Origin: Raja brachyura
Taxonomy: Eukaryota
NCBI GenBank assembly: GCA_963514005.1
Contig: OY740787.1
Coordinates: forward strand, 71,176,001-71,240,000
DNA: 64,000 bases
Direction: 5' to 3'
Shown: positions 26,842 through 40,410 of the stretch, one piece after another
Layout: every line of letters starts with the position of its first letter
How positions within the stretch are numbered: position 1 is the first letter of the stretch
Notes under the pieces: generated by a model
The model's database searches: none
Seen by the model: only the letters and a program-made list of their open reading frames with translations
Told to the model about the DNA's origin: nothing
Made by a program: the position numbers and the translations under genes

Positions 26842-26923
26842 CTGTAGAGCAAAATTAAAATAAAGTAAATGCAAAGTGATTCCCAAAAACAAAATCAAGA
26901 GTTTAATCCACAAAGTTAAGTAC

Positions 26924-28617
26924 CTTGTACAAGCAGAAAAGCGTGGCTTGAGATTTCACCAACAACGTTGATTGCTTTTACCATTATACTGGCAGAATCT
27001 TCAGGTATGACATCTCTAATTACAAGTTCACAAACATTGTCTTCAGGCCAGTACCAATAGATTCGTTCAGTTTTTTCAATCCTCACACCATTTTTAAACC
27101 ATTGGCATTCAGGGTCTGGTTTGCCAACTACTCTGACACGGAAATGACCTTCATCTCCAATAGCTAGAGTCAGACTCTGAATGCGCTCTAAAATCTTGGG
27201 AGCCTCCATACTTGGCGATAATTGAAACTTATCAGGTTTAAAAGTTGGAATGGTGACTGTGCCTTCAGGAGGAGGTAATTTCTTCTCTTCCTCAGGTACC
27301 TGTTTTGTAAAATGGAGAAGTTCTTCCTTTCTTTTTCTCAGCATATCTTCATAAACTTCATCCCGTCTACGCGATTTGAGTTCAACAGCTGTAATAGCTT
27401 CATAATAACCTTCCTCCTTTCGACGTTTAAACTTGCTGCGCAATTCTTCCGTTTCCTCTGTTAATTTTTCATGAACAACTCTTTCAGTCTTTTTAAGCTT
27501 TACCAATTCTTTAGCTGCAGCATCTGTTGTTTTATCTACTTTTACAACCTCAAAGAATGGCTTGGCTGGTTCTGATATGCTGGTTTCAACTTTCTGTTCA
27601 GGAGCTCGCCGCAGGACCGATCTGAAATCTTCTCTTTCATTGATTTCTAGTTTCACTGTGTGTTCCACAACCCCCTCAGGATTTTCTGCTGTAACTTTGA
27701 CATTACCTGAATCATAGGATTTGCTATCAACAATTTCCATATAATAGATACCATCATACCGTAGTCTAAACCGTTTGCTTTTGCGGATAAGTTGTCCATT
27801 CAGATACCAATTGACCTTTGGTTGAGGATAGCCTATGACACGACAGCGGTAACGGGCTGTTTCTCCTTCCAGTACTCTTGCTGGTTCTGGAAACAAAACA
27901 ATTTCAGGCTTTGTTTTCTCTTTTATAAGCTCTTCTGAAACACCTGTAAGTGCTCCTTCATGGGCTTGCCTTTCAAGTTCTTCAATTCGCTGCATTCCCC
28001 TTCTGCCTTCAGGTAACTGTGATTCTTCAACTAGGCTCTTTTCATCTTTCACAATGAGAGTAGCTGATGTCTGATCAGTACCATACTTATTTGTGGCTCG
28101 ACAGGTGATAATACCACTATCTCGTGGATATGCTACCTCAAAGTCAAGACTACAATATCCAAATTCATTAATCATGCGAAGTCTGTTGGCTGCAGCAATA
28201 GGTTTACCATCATGCAACCACTCAACAATCATCGTTGGGTCACCAATTGGTGTTAGTCTGCATTCAAAATGTGCAAGCCCAAAACATTTAAGCCTCACAG
28301 AGTTAGTCTTCTTTTTGAAGTGAGGTTTCTGTTGCTTTTCCTTATCATACAGATCACCTTCCTCCCATTGTTCCTGACCATAACGCAGATGGAGGGGTTC
28401 CAGTTCAGGTGCTGATATCTCCTTCGCCTTATATGTTCCCTTTGGAATGATTAATCGTCTTTCTGGTTCAGGCTCAGCATATTCAAGTTCAACATTGACT
28501 TTGCATCTTGTTGTGTCACGACCTGCTTTGTTAATGGCAGTTGCAGTATACCACGCAGCATCATAACTAACTGCAGAATCAATTTTGAGTGTACCTTCTC
28601 CTTTAGTACCTTCAATC
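26924..28617 (-). CDS. ttn: ttn large exon hEx28 (1694 nt): Z7 end, Z8, Z9, Z/I junction, I1
   Basis: 570-aa ORF with several I-set Ig domains and titin-specific linkers. Confidence 0.97.
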
Positions 28618-28712
28618 CTAAAATACAAGCAAGCAAAAATTATAAGGGGATAAATGTGACAAATGTACTTATGAATATTAACATTTTACTATTAGAATTG
28701 GAATAAACTTAC

Positions 28713-28881
28713 TTGATGTGAGGATACTTATGCTGGGCAATGATATCACTGTTTTTCAGCCATACAATATCAGGGTTTGGATTTCCAACAGCTTTTACTC
28801 CCATTGCAATAGGGGCACCTTCTTTGACACTGACATTTTTCAACTTTTCCATAAACTGTGGTCTCAATAAATGTTCTTTAG
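28713..28881 (-). CDS. ttn: ttn exon hEx27, Z7 Ig start
   Basis: KEHLLRPQFMEKLKNVSVKEG...GNPNPDIVWLKNSDII. Confidence 0.94.
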
Positions 28882-29054
28882 CTATTAAAATAAGTTTTAA
28901 AATAAAGCAACTTAAAAACTTGAATCTGCAATGACACATGCACCGTTAAACTTACAATTTTCTTTTAGTAAAAGCAACAAACAAATATAATTTTTCACTT
29001 GTATTGTATTACAATATAAACGTGATAATGCAATTTAAATTCTATTTGTAATCT

Positions 29055-30845
29055 TTTGGAGGATCAAGAACCAAGAATTACTGGCATATTTTCCCGCTTT
29101 GAAACATCACAACAGCAGCACTCATCTGCTACAGCCCTGCTCCCACCCTTACCTGGCTCCTGCACTACTCCACTCACTGTAAGGGAGCACGATGTCAGAC
29201 GGGTCTCCTGGCAGTGAACCCTAAGAAGGCTGCCAGCCCAGATGGAGTACCTGGTAAAGTGCTCAAAGCGTGTGCCCACCAGCTCGCCTTCATCTTCACC
29301 AGAATCTTCAATCTCTTCCTGGACCAGGCAGTTATCCCGTCCTGCCTAAAATCAGCCACAATCGTCCCAGTGCCGAAGAAGTCCCCCATCACCAGCCTAA
29401 ACGATTACCGTCCCGTGGCCCTCACTCCGGTAATCACGAAGTGCTTCGAGAGATTGGTCCTCCAGCACATCAAGGACTATATCCCTCCAGACTTCGACCC
29501 CCACCAGTTCGCCTATCGCCCAAACAGGTCCACAGAAGACGCCATCACCATAGCTCTCCACTCTGTGCTGATCCACCTGGAGCAGGGGCAGAGCTACGTC
29601 CGGATGCTCTTTGTGGATTACAGCTCAGCTTTCAATACTATCATCCCGGACATTCTCATCGACAAACTGGTCACTCTCGGCCTCCCCACTCTCACATGTG
29701 CCTGGATAAAGGACTTCCTCACCAACCGGCCCCAGACTGTGAGACTCTGCCCCCACCTCTCCTCCACTCGCATGTTGAGTCCCGGCTCCCCACAGGGATG
29801 TGTGCTAAGCCCCCTCCTATACTGTCTCTACACCCACGACTGTAGTCCGGCCGACAACAACAACCGAATCGTCAAGTTTGCTGACGACACTACAGTAGTC
29901 GGACTCATCTCAAGGGGAGATGAGGCAGCCTATAGAGAGGAAGTCCTGAAGTTGACAGCCTGGTGCTCAGAAAACAACCTGGCTCTGAACACCAAGAAAA
30001 CCAAAGAGCTCATTGTCGACTTCAGGAGGCACAGCACCGACTTAGCCCCCTTATACATCAACGGCGAGTGTGTGGAGAGGGTCCACACCTTCCGGTTTCT
30101 CGGCGTCCTCATCTCCGCTGACATCTCCTGGACAGACAACATCACAGCGGTCATCAAGAAGGCTCAGCAGCGGCTGCACTTCCTGAGGGTCCTCAGGAAG
30201 CACAACCTGGATTCCAACCTGCTGCTGACCTTCTACCGCTCATCCATTGAGAGCCTGTTGACATACTGCATTACAGCATGGTACGACAACTGCACCATGA
30301 CAGATCGGGAGAGGCTTCAGAGGGTAGTTAGGGCAGTACAGAAGATCATCAGCTGCCCTCTCCCCTCTCTGATGGACATTTACACCTCCCGCTGCCTCAA
30401 CAGGGCGAAGAACATTATCAAGGACAGCTCCCATCCTGCATTTGGCCTGTTCAACCTGCTGCCCTCACGGAGGCGCTATAGGTGCATCAGCACAAGGACA
30501 AATAGACTCAAGAACAGTTTCTTTCCAAAATCTATTATCTCCCTGAACTCACACATGCACTGACTTCACAGCCTAACCACCGGACTTTCATCTATCCACC
30601 TACTGCAATTTGTACTGTAACTGTAATTTCCACTATGTGCAATAACCCATACTGGATATAGGAATCCTATTTATTCATTCCAATTATCCCTTGTCTTTTT
30701 ATAGATATGTATATAGCGGCGCAGAAACTGTGCGCCTTATCTCTCCCCCCCCCCCCCCCCCCTTTTGTTTTGCACTGAGTAGGAGCAGCTTTTAATCTCA
30801 TTGTACATGTGTATAGTGACAATAAAAGGCATTCTGATTCTGATA
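29055..30845 (+). mobile_element. 5'-truncated Rex1/Babar-type LINE with uninterrupted RT ORF (29214-30563, 449 aa)
   Basis: [41 protein letters not shown]; tail aataaaaggcattctgattctgat. Confidence 0.92.
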
Positions 30846-31616
30846 TGTTAATCTGAGATTTAACGTAGAGGTCCAAGACTTATTAAGCATTCTATCCATT
30901 TAGCCTTACTAATCGGAGATTTGTTACAAAGGTTGATACTTTGACTGACAGCAGCTACTATCTCATTTAATGGAAAAACTCAACCCGAGGAGTCAAATGG
31001 TCTATTTTTGACCTGTTTTTCCTTCAAGTATGGGGATTTACAATATGGAGCTTTTGGACAAAATTAATTAGGTTCAACCAGGCCATTAATTTGATTGAAA
31101 TTAAATCTGTTCACATTCTCCCATTACACCATCCTGTGCAGAGCTTAAGTCACTGTTTACATAGTATACTGTAATGAGAATTAGAGGACAAGGTCTGGAA
31201 AAATGTCAACTTTTTTTTACAACGAGGATATTTCTGTTTTTGTACCAGAAGAATCCACCATATATTCTGTTCATATTTGAACATAAAATATAACTTTCAA
31301 CCCGCCTTACGCTCCTCTAATGCTCACATACCAGCCTTTTTCTCTTGAATTGCACCAGAATCCTACTATCCCAATTCAATAGTTTCTCAGTGCCTTCTAA
31401 ATAATGCATAAGGAGGCAAATAATATTGTAATAAACTGGTCCCTCACTGTGCAGTAATCTCAGCTCATCTGCACAGGGAAAGGAACAAATATGTTGTTCA
31501 TTATAAATCTGCATCTGTCTGTTGGAATAAACAGTAAACATTTTTCGCACCAAAAGGTGGCCTAAAATCCATATGAGATTTATTTTCATTAAATAAGATA
31601 ATGAAGTTTTTGTTAC

Positions 31617-31781
31617 CTTCTACAGATAGTGTCATAGAGATAGAGGTTTTGCCAGCCCGGTTTTGTGCCACAACAGTCCATTCACCAGAATCAGCTGGCA
31701 GTGCAGGAACAATGATCAGTGACTGAATTCCATCTTCCTTCACCACAATCTTGTGAGTATAATCATTCACAATCTGGTGTC
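31617..31781 (-). CDS. ttn: ttn exon hEx26, Z6 Ig
   Basis: HQIVNDYTHKIVVKEDG...DSGEWTVVAQNRAGK. Confidence 0.94.
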
Positions 31782-31862
31782 CTGGATCAGAACATATCCC
31801 ATTAATCACTGAAATTCCCCATATTTCTTGCATATATCGATATGAGAACATACAATTCTTAC

Positions 31863-32059
31863 CATTGTGAAACCAGAACGTCTCAGGCATGGGTCTGCCA
31901 ACAACTTTTAGGTCAAATCTAGCAGTTTGCCCTTCAGAACATTTGAATGATGTAGGTTTTAGAACAAAAACGGGTTTATACAATCTCTCAAGTTGAGTTT
32001 CATCTGTATCTTCTAGCCGACGTGCTGGTGACCGACTTGGAGATCGTGGAGACACGGAT
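31863..32059 (-). CDS. ttn: ttn exon hEx25, short SP-rich linker and Z6 start
   Basis: SVSPRSPSRSPARRLEDTDETQLERLYKPVFVLKP...ETFWFHNG. Confidence 0.94.
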
Positions 32060-32201
32060 CTAGGGAAAGGGAATAAACAATTAATGTTAACATTTTTATT
32101 TTGAAATCACACACTGATTAACTTTGCAAATGTCCAATTGCAACAGAATATGAATCAATGCTTGCAATCTATACAAAGAGAGAATGTCTAATAAATAGTA
32201 C

Positions 32202-32446
32202 CGCATTCTTCTCATCATTTCTGTAGTTGATAAATAAGTTTGGGTTGCTGGAACACCAACAGGTTCTATGAACAGCTTTCCGGAGCAAATGGCATTTCCC
32301 TTAATGTTGCTGGCCAACACTGTGTAGATGCCCTCATCCTCTGGCAAAATTGTCGAAATTCGCAGACTTGCTTCGCCATTCTCAGAAGTTTCCATGATAT
32401 AGTGATCCCCATGTTTCAGGCGCCTGCCATCTTTGAACCAGACAAT
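32202..32446 (-). CDS. ttn: ttn exon hEx24, Z5 Ig
   Basis: IVWFKDGRRLKHGDHY...LPEDEGIYTVLASNIKGNAICSGKLFIEP. Confidence 0.94.
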
Positions 32447-32559
32447 CTAAAAAAAAACATAAATGTATGCTATCTGGATATAACTCATTAAAATTACATT
32501 ATGCAAAATATATTAAACATACATTTTATCCAAATAATATGATCTTGCATTGTAACATA

Positions 32560-33090
32560 TAGAACATGCAGCACAGGACACCCCTCAGCCCACAATGCCG
32601 AACCTGTTGCTAAATTAAATTAAATCCTTTTTGCTGAGCTCCATATCCCTGAAAATTCATGTGGCCATCTAAAAGCGTCTTAAATACTCTTCTCATATCT
32701 GCTTCCACCACCATGTCTGGCAGCACCTACAACTCCCCATGTAAAGAACTTGTCCCACACATCTCTTTTAAAATGTCTCCATCTTACTTTAAAGCTATGC
32801 CCTTTAGTATTTGACATTTCCACCCTGGGGTGAAGGTTCTCATTGTTGACCCTGTCGATGCCTCTCATAATATTCTAAATTTCTATTACATAATCCAAGT
32901 TTGTCGAACTGCTCCCTGTAGCTATTAGTCTCTCAGTAACTCTCAGGATACTGGCAACCTCTACTACACCTTCTCCAAAGCTTCCATATCCTTCCTGTAA
33001 TGAGGCATCTTGAACTGCTCACATTACTCCAAATGCAGTCCAAAGTCCTATAAAACTGCAACATGATGGCCTGCTTTTTAAACTCAATGC
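32560..33090 (-). mobile_element. CR1 LINE 3' fragment
   Basis: MRGIDRV...TKGHSFKVR...FFT, typical of the CR1 ORF2 C-terminus. Confidence 0.7.
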
Positions 33091-33123
33091 TCATATTTGG
33101 ATTCTAATGCAAATATTACTCAC

Positions 33124-33354
33124 CTTAGGCATTGGATGGCCAGATAATTTACAATGGAAGGTAACACCCATTCCATCAAGAATTCTGTAACTTTTCACTG
33201 TTGAAACAAATCCTGGTTCAATGGATTCTTCAGTAGAAATATCTAACATCATTTCTTCGCCATCTTCTTCAAGAAGTTCTTCTAAAGTTATTCTGATGAT
33301 TCGGAATTCAATTTCTTTAATAAGTCGTTCTTCAAATGAAGAAATCTGGTACTC
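33124..33354 (-). CDS. ttn: ttn exon hEx23, Z5 Ig start
   Basis: EYQISSFEERLIKEIEFRIIRITLEELLEEDGEE...GMGVTFHCKLSGHPMPK; absent from the ORF track. Confidence 0.95.
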
Positions 33355-34454
33355 CTGGAAAAGTGATTAGAATTAATTTCAACAGATGTTATGTCATATG
33401 GTGAAATATGACAAATAAGCAAAACATGAAATATAAATCATTTAACCAACACTTACTAAGGACATTAAAATGCATACAGAACATAATGAAACAAAGTTAA
33501 ACCATTTGAATATATTGATGTGATAAAAAGCAATGCATTTTCCAAACAGATTTTCAGGGGTGTTTTGATGCAGGCTTTACTAGAAATTAGTTGGAAAATC
33601 ACAGCATAAAAAATAGACAAAGAAAAAAAATTGCAGCATAAATTTAAAGCAAAGGACAAAGTTAGTTTAGCATAGTTTGGAATGAGGAGTTCAAAGTGGT
33701 GCTCCCAAATATGAGCACTGCATCCATTTTTACTCTCAATGTATACAATAAAATTCTGGTGATTCAGCATTCACGGGTCTTTGGTGGTTGTTGGAATGGT
33801 AGATTTTCTAGACTATTGAATATTACTCCCATTAATACCACTAACATACCTTTAATTTATATTCTTTATGTGTTATACAGATGTTAAATAAAAATGATGC
33901 AGTAGCATAAATAAAGTTTCCAGTGAACTCAGCGAGTTTACAGAGAAGCAGAAAACAATGCACTAGCGACCCTGTTGCTGAGCTACCAGATTCCCATATA
34001 ATTAAAAAGCAGATCAGTCAGGTGCATAATCATGGATGATTTTGAATTACCAACTGAATAAAAGTAGAGACCTTGACAAAAGGTGAAGAGGATTATAAGT
34101 GCAGGCACACAAGCAGAAAAGGCAAAATGTGGTAGCTATAAAAACAGAGATGCACAATAGACTGTAATGCATATAGGAAAAAATAGTGTATTTTAGCTGG
34201 AGAGACAAATTGCAAGTTCCATCAAAAAGGCCACAGTCGCCTATCCCAAAAAAGTAATAATGTGAAACTATTTGAATGGATTGTGATGTGATAAAAAGGA
34301 ATTCAATACCCAAACAGATTTTCAGAAGTATTTAAATGAAGGTTTTATAGAAAACTGGGAGAAAATAACAGCATTTTAAAAACATAGAAAATAGAAAACA
34401 AGGTTGCCATTCCAAAGTGACATCCTGATATAATTATATGACATCCTGATATAT

Positions 34455-34587
34455 CCTCAGTCTGAAGAAGGGTCTCGGCCCGAAACGTTGCCTATTTCCT
34501 TCACTCCATAGATGATGCCTCACCCGCTGAGTTTCTCCAGCATTTTTGTCTACCTTTGATTTTCCAGCATCTGCAGTTCATTCTTAC
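34455..34587 (+). mobile_element. Penelope-derived short repeat with target-site duplication
   Basis: cagtctgaagaagggtctcggcccgaaacgttgcc...; flanked by acatcctgatata at 34441 and 34588 (third copy at 34420). Confidence 0.75.
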
Positions 34588-35582
34588 ACATCCTGATATA
34601 ATTTGGCAAATTTAAAGTGAAACCACAGAACTCCTGGCCACTAGTAAAACCGTTCACAAGGAGGAATTGCAACAATGGAAGGAAGTATGCACTTGAGCCC
34701 ACCTACTCTTGCTGATCCAAAGAAATAGTTCAGTTATTATACTGGGGCTCCTTCAATGATAAAATTGGTTGGTTGTGTTCACTCTGTGTGCAGCAACAAG
34801 ATTTGTTCCCAAATAGCAAATGGAGGATCTATATATAGCCCAGGATCAGAATTTGAATGTTAAATAGGGTCAAATACCTGAAACCAGTGGATAGTTTGTC
34901 CACTCACAGGCCTTATTCTTATAATCCTCTTTACTTTTGAAAATATCTCAATTTTTGCATAGATGGTAATTATTTTTTGCAGCATCACAGGTAATACTGC
35001 ATAGATGCTATACATTATTACATAGTATCTGCATTACTATGCTGAGAGAATAACTGCCAACAAATATTCTAAATGAAGCAGAATAATTGAGTTTCTGATA
35101 AAAAGGTTATTGTTGTAACAAGCAAACATATTTTACTCTCCATTGATGCTACTAACTATTCACAGCATTTTAGATTTTTACTCCAACATGACTAGTCCTT
35201 GATTATTGATTACATTTATTGATTTGCTCAACCAATCATGCATCTGCACCTGGGATCTTGTCTCTTCTCAGTCATCTCCATTGCTAAGCTCCCGATTTTT
35301 ACTCAAGAAACCAAAAATAAAATAATACTCGCCCTATCACAGACATTCCCCGTGTTTTTTTCCCTTCCCTTCCCCTTACTCTCTTCACCTGTATCTATTC
35401 ATTTTCTTAGTTCTGGCGAAGAATCACTGAACCAAAATGCTGAGTTTCTTATTTGTACAGTGAACAAAAGGCTTTTCCTATCACCTGATTTAGCTCGATT
35501 TCATCAAGTTTCATCAGGTCTCATTCAATTATCTTTAACAGCCCACCTGACAGAATGATCTTATATCCTTGATACTCAGTTA

Positions 35583-37104
35583 CCAAGCATATTGGAGCCT
35601 ACCAGGGAGATGGCAATTCTGAATTTAGTGTTATGTAATGAGCCGGATTTGATAAAGGGCCTCGAGGTTAATGAGCCATTAGGGGGCAGTGACCATAACA
35701 TGGTCAGGTTTAAACTACAATTGGAGAGGGAGAAGAATAGATCGGAGGTGTCAGTGTTGCAGTTGAATTAAGGGGGCTATGGAGCCATGAGGGAGGAGCT
35801 GGCCAAAGTTGACTGGAAAGATACACTAGCAGTGATGACATTGGAACAAAAATGGCAGGTGTTTCTAGGAATAATACAGAAGGTGCAGGATCAGTTCATT
35901 CCTCGGAGGAAGAAAGATTTCAAGGGGAGAAAGGAACGACCATGGCTGACAAGGGGCGTCAGGGACAGTATAAAAATTAAAGCGAAGAAGTACAACGTAG
36001 CAAAGATTAGCGGGAAGCAAGAGGGTTGGGTAATGTTTAAAGAACAATAGAAGATAACCAAAAAGACAATAAGGGGAGAAAAGATGAGGTACGAAGGTAA
36101 GCTAGCCAAGAATATAAAGCAGGATAGTAAAGGCTTCTTTAGGTATGTGAAGAGGAAAAAAATTAGTTAAGACCAAATTTGGACCCTTGAAGACCAAAAA
36201 AGGTGAATTTATTATGGGGAACAAGGAAATGGAAGATGAGTTGAACAGGTACTTTGGAACTGTCTTCACTAAGGAGGACACAAACAATCTTCCTGATATA
36301 GTAGTGGCCAGAGGATCTGGGGTGACGGAGGAACTGAAGGAAATCCACATTAGGCAGAAAATGGTGTTGGGTAGACTGATGGGACTGAAGGCTGATAAAT
36401 CCCCAGGGCCTGATGGTCTGCATCCCAGGGTACTTAAGTAAGTGGCTCTAGAAATTGTGGATGCATTGGTGACAATTTTCCAATGTTCTATAGACTCAGG
36501 ATCAGTTCCTGTGGATTGGAGGGTAGCTAATGTTATCCCACTTTTTAAGAAAGGCAGAGAGAGAAAACGGGGCATTATAGACCAGTTAGCCTGACATCGG
36601 TGGTGGGGAAGATGCTGGAGTCAATTATAAAAGATGAGATAGCCGCACATTTGGATAGCAGTAACAGGTCCGAGTCAGCATGGATTTACGAAGGGGAAAC
36701 TCTGGAGTTTAGAAGGATGAGAGGGTATCTAATTTAAACATATAAGATCGTTAAGGGCTTGAACACACTAGAGGCAGGAAACATGTTCCCGATGTTGGGG
36801 GAGTCCAGAACCAGGGGCCACAGTTTAAGAATAAGGAGTAAGCCATTTAGAATGGAGGTGAGGAAACACTTTTTCTCATGAGTCTGTGGAATTCTCTGCC
36901 TCAGAGGGCGGTGGAGGCAGGTTCTCTGGATGCTTTCAAGAGAGAGCTAGATAGGGCTCTTAAAAATAGCGGAGTCAGGGGATATGGGGAGAATGCAGGA
37001 ACGGGGTACTGATTGGGGATGATCAGCCATGATCACATTGAATGGCGGTGCTGGCTCAAAGGGCCGAATGGCCTACTCCTGCACCTATTGTCTATTATCT
37101 CTAT
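35583..37104 (+). mobile_element. CR1 LINE, internally deleted
   Basis: GSDHNMV; KSPGPDGLHPRVLK; DWRVANVIPLFKKG; YRPVSLTS; SQHGF; conserved 3' tail. Confidence 0.9.
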
Positions 37105-38164
37105 GAACGCATCTTCCCGTACCCTCACCAACTACAAGCAAGCAGCCCCAAAACGTTGTCACCAAAAAGATTCACATAATTCAACTGTTTCTGGTTTCTT
37201 CATTCACTTGCTCATCCATATGAAAGCATCCACCTCGTAATGCTCCCTCTACTTTAATTCTGAACTGTTGTATTTATTTTCTCATTCCACTTTTCTCCAC
37301 TTCCTGTTCCTTTCTTCCTATTTCTGCCAAATTTTTAATTATTCAACTTCTCTTGATGCCCTTGATAGCTGACATTGTTGTTACCTCACCTCTATTTCAA
37401 AACTGAATGCTAAATTTTCAATCTGAAACTTGTATCCATCCAACCAACCCACTACTCATTTCCATGCATCTGTTTTCCTTTTCACTTTTTTGCTGCTAAA
37501 CTTTGATAAGAATAAAGTCATACATAAAAGGTTAATTAAAGAAAAGCAGCGTTACAGTTTCAAGTTAAAGATCCTTCATTAATTCTTAAACCACTGTTCT
37601 GATAGACCTTGGGGATGCTGAACAATCAAAGCAGAAGTTTCAGAAGTGATAAAGGGTCTACTACCTGAAACATTAATGCTATTTTACCATCTATGAATGC
37701 TTCATGACTTATTATTTCCTACTTTTTCTATTTTTATTTCATATATCCAGTATCTAAAGGTTTTTAATTTTACAAAAAATACAATGTATCTGTTTCACTT
37801 ATTATTCTCCCAACAACTGTCCCAGGTAAAGGAAAATATTCATAACCATATCATAACTCTGAATTATTCAAGCCCATGACTTCTTCAAAACCTACCACCA
37901 TAGTTTCTTCATCTCCATGCATAGCACATGGACCCATCTTTTTTAATGTATACTTATACACCTGTTCCTTTTTGCGCATTCCCAATGCTTTCACCATATT
38001 AATGATGACTGTGGCTTCAACTATTTGGATGACAAAGACTAAATGTTCACTTTGACTTTTAAGCCTCCACACCTACTTTAAGGCTCTTCTCAGAACAAAA
38101 CCCTCACCCTTTCAAATTGTTCCTTCAGCTCAGCAACGTTTTCCCCTAGTTTTGCTAACATTAT

Positions 38165-38358
38165 TCTACACTAGGGACAATTTACAACTTTACCAAATCA
38201 AATTAACCTACAAACCTTGGAGTATGGGAGGAAATCGGAGCACCCAAAGAAAACCCACACAGACCACGGGGAGAACGTACAAACTCCGATTGGACAGCAC
38301 CCATGCTCAGGATTGAACCCGGGTCTCTGGCGATGCAATGCAGCAACTCTACTGCCCC
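38165..38358 (-). mobile_element. tRNA-derived SINE, same family as 25987-26308
   Basis: ggggagaacgtacaaactcc...ggattgaacccggg is the reverse complement of the SINE core and B box. Confidence 0.75.
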
Positions 38359-39055
38359 AATATGGATTCTATTTTAATTGCCAGGTAAAGCCTGTAGGCA
38401 CAATTGGCCTTATATTGCTCTCATCATACAAAGTTAATAGCCACATTACTGGTGAATCCTGCATTATGACCATTTGGGATATGGAAATTTGCCGTTATCG
38501 AATTCATAGAACACGACCCCCAAAAATCCAAGATATAGAATAAAATGTGCTTTTATGGTTTAAACTAAACTCAAAATGCAAAAGAAAAGTAATTTGGTCC
38601 TGTTTATATTTTCAACTGTCATTTATTGATGCATTTGCCAATAATTTGGCAGATTTCTTTGGTTCATTTTGCAGACTTTCTTCTGTAATTGCTTAATTTT
38701 CAAATATGTGAATCAAGTTCTAAATAACTAATAGACTGTTAATCAATAAGCAATTCTCCATTAATAAAAATAATGTTATGCTAACCAGTATGTTCTTTCA
38801 GTTATGATTATCTCTGAATATTACGTTTCATAAACGGACTTTAACAAAGATTCATAAATCATTTTATGAATGTTGAAAATGGCTAGTAAAGTCATTTTAT
38901 CCAAAAGTCAACATTACGGATAAGAGTACTTTCAAAATCATAATTTAACTGCAATAATTAGATAATTGTTTTAATTGGCTATTAGCATTCAAAGTTTTAC
39001 CATGAGAAATTATCTGAGATATGTTCAGGCAAATAAATTAGAAACTAAATCTTGC

Positions 39056-39243
39056 CTGGTCAGTTATCATCATGGTTGCAGTTTTTCCCATCTTCTTCCT
39101 GATTAGTGCTTGTTCTTTGTCATATTCCGTCATTGAAATCACTGGTGCTACTTCTGCAACTTTCGGTTCTTGAACATACTGTGTTACTAATTCTGTCTGA
39201 TAAATAACTTCCTGGTGTTCAGTTAGGTAAAGCTCATAATCAG
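39056..39243 (-). CDS. ttn: ttn exon hEx22, with GC splice donor
   Basis: ADYELYLTEHQEVIYQTE...EYDKEQALIRKKMGK...ITDQ|gcaag. Confidence 0.85.
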
Positions 39244-39559
39244 CTAAAAAGACAGGGATACACAATAATTGTAAACTATGTATTAACTACTTAAAAGTTA
39301 ACCAAAGCTTGCTTGGTATCATCCCTTTAAATGTAGTTTCACTCCCTTCTATCGACAATTCACACTTTAGGCCCGCATATCTACTATATTCAGATATACA
39401 ATCCAAATTTCAGATCATAACAAATACCTCTACTGTGTCCTGATAACCTATTAACCATCAGATTACTAATTACATAATACTAAATTTATAACAGCCTATT
39501 CCCACGTTGTTCTTTTCAACATCCTAATATAGAAAACATCTATTTTTTACGCTCTATGG

Positions 39560-40410
39560 ATGAGACATTTAGTGGAATCAGAATTAATCAAAATCAATCT
39601 TAAACACAGACGATTTGGCTCACCACATTTGTGATTGCTCATTCAGAGTGCCACCAGTATAGAGTTCAGTATGAAAAGATTAATTGTGGGACATGGCAAA
39701 TAAATTTGCAACAAATAGTGAGATCATTCACGATATGCATGAAGAAAGGGACCTTGGAGTATACATTTACAATTTCTTAAAAAGGCAGCAGGACAAGTCA
39801 ATAAGGTGTTTCAAATAACACACTGAATGGTTTATTTTGTTAGCAAAGGCACAGAATATAAAAATTGAGAGGTTATGGCCCAATAGTGTACAATACTAAC
39901 TGTGTAAAGTTCTGGTGAGACATAATTGGGAAAATGCCTTTGCACTGATAATGGTGGAGAAGAAACCTGCAACGATATTGCGTGGACTGGAAAATTGCTG
40001 CCATGAGGAAACATTAGATAAGCTAGGGTTTCTTTCTTTGGAATGAAGCCAGAATGTACAACATTCCGAGGGTCTAGTTGGTGAAAATCAGAACAACCAA
40101 TTTCCCTTAGTGAAGAAGTGAAAACTAAGGGAGAAAGAATTAAAGCAATTGTTAGATGTATTAGAAGGGATCTGAAAAAAGGCTTTCACCAATTCATGGG
40201 AATCTGGAATGTATTGTTTGAAAGCTTCCTTTTAATTGCTATAATCAACCCACATCACATTTGAAATGTATAGAGATGCTCATTTAAAAGCTTAGATATC
40301 CAGTGCCAGGGTCGTCATGTAAAATGATGCTTTTCGACTGGGTGCTGGATGATCCTTTTCAACCATCTCAGTTATGATGGATCAAATGGCTTTTTTTTTA
40401 ATGTGGTGTT
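39560..40410 (+). mobile_element. Degenerate CR1 3' fragment
   Basis: gaaagggaccttggagt (ERDLGV) and related CR1 ORF2 C-terminal remnants. Confidence 0.5.
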
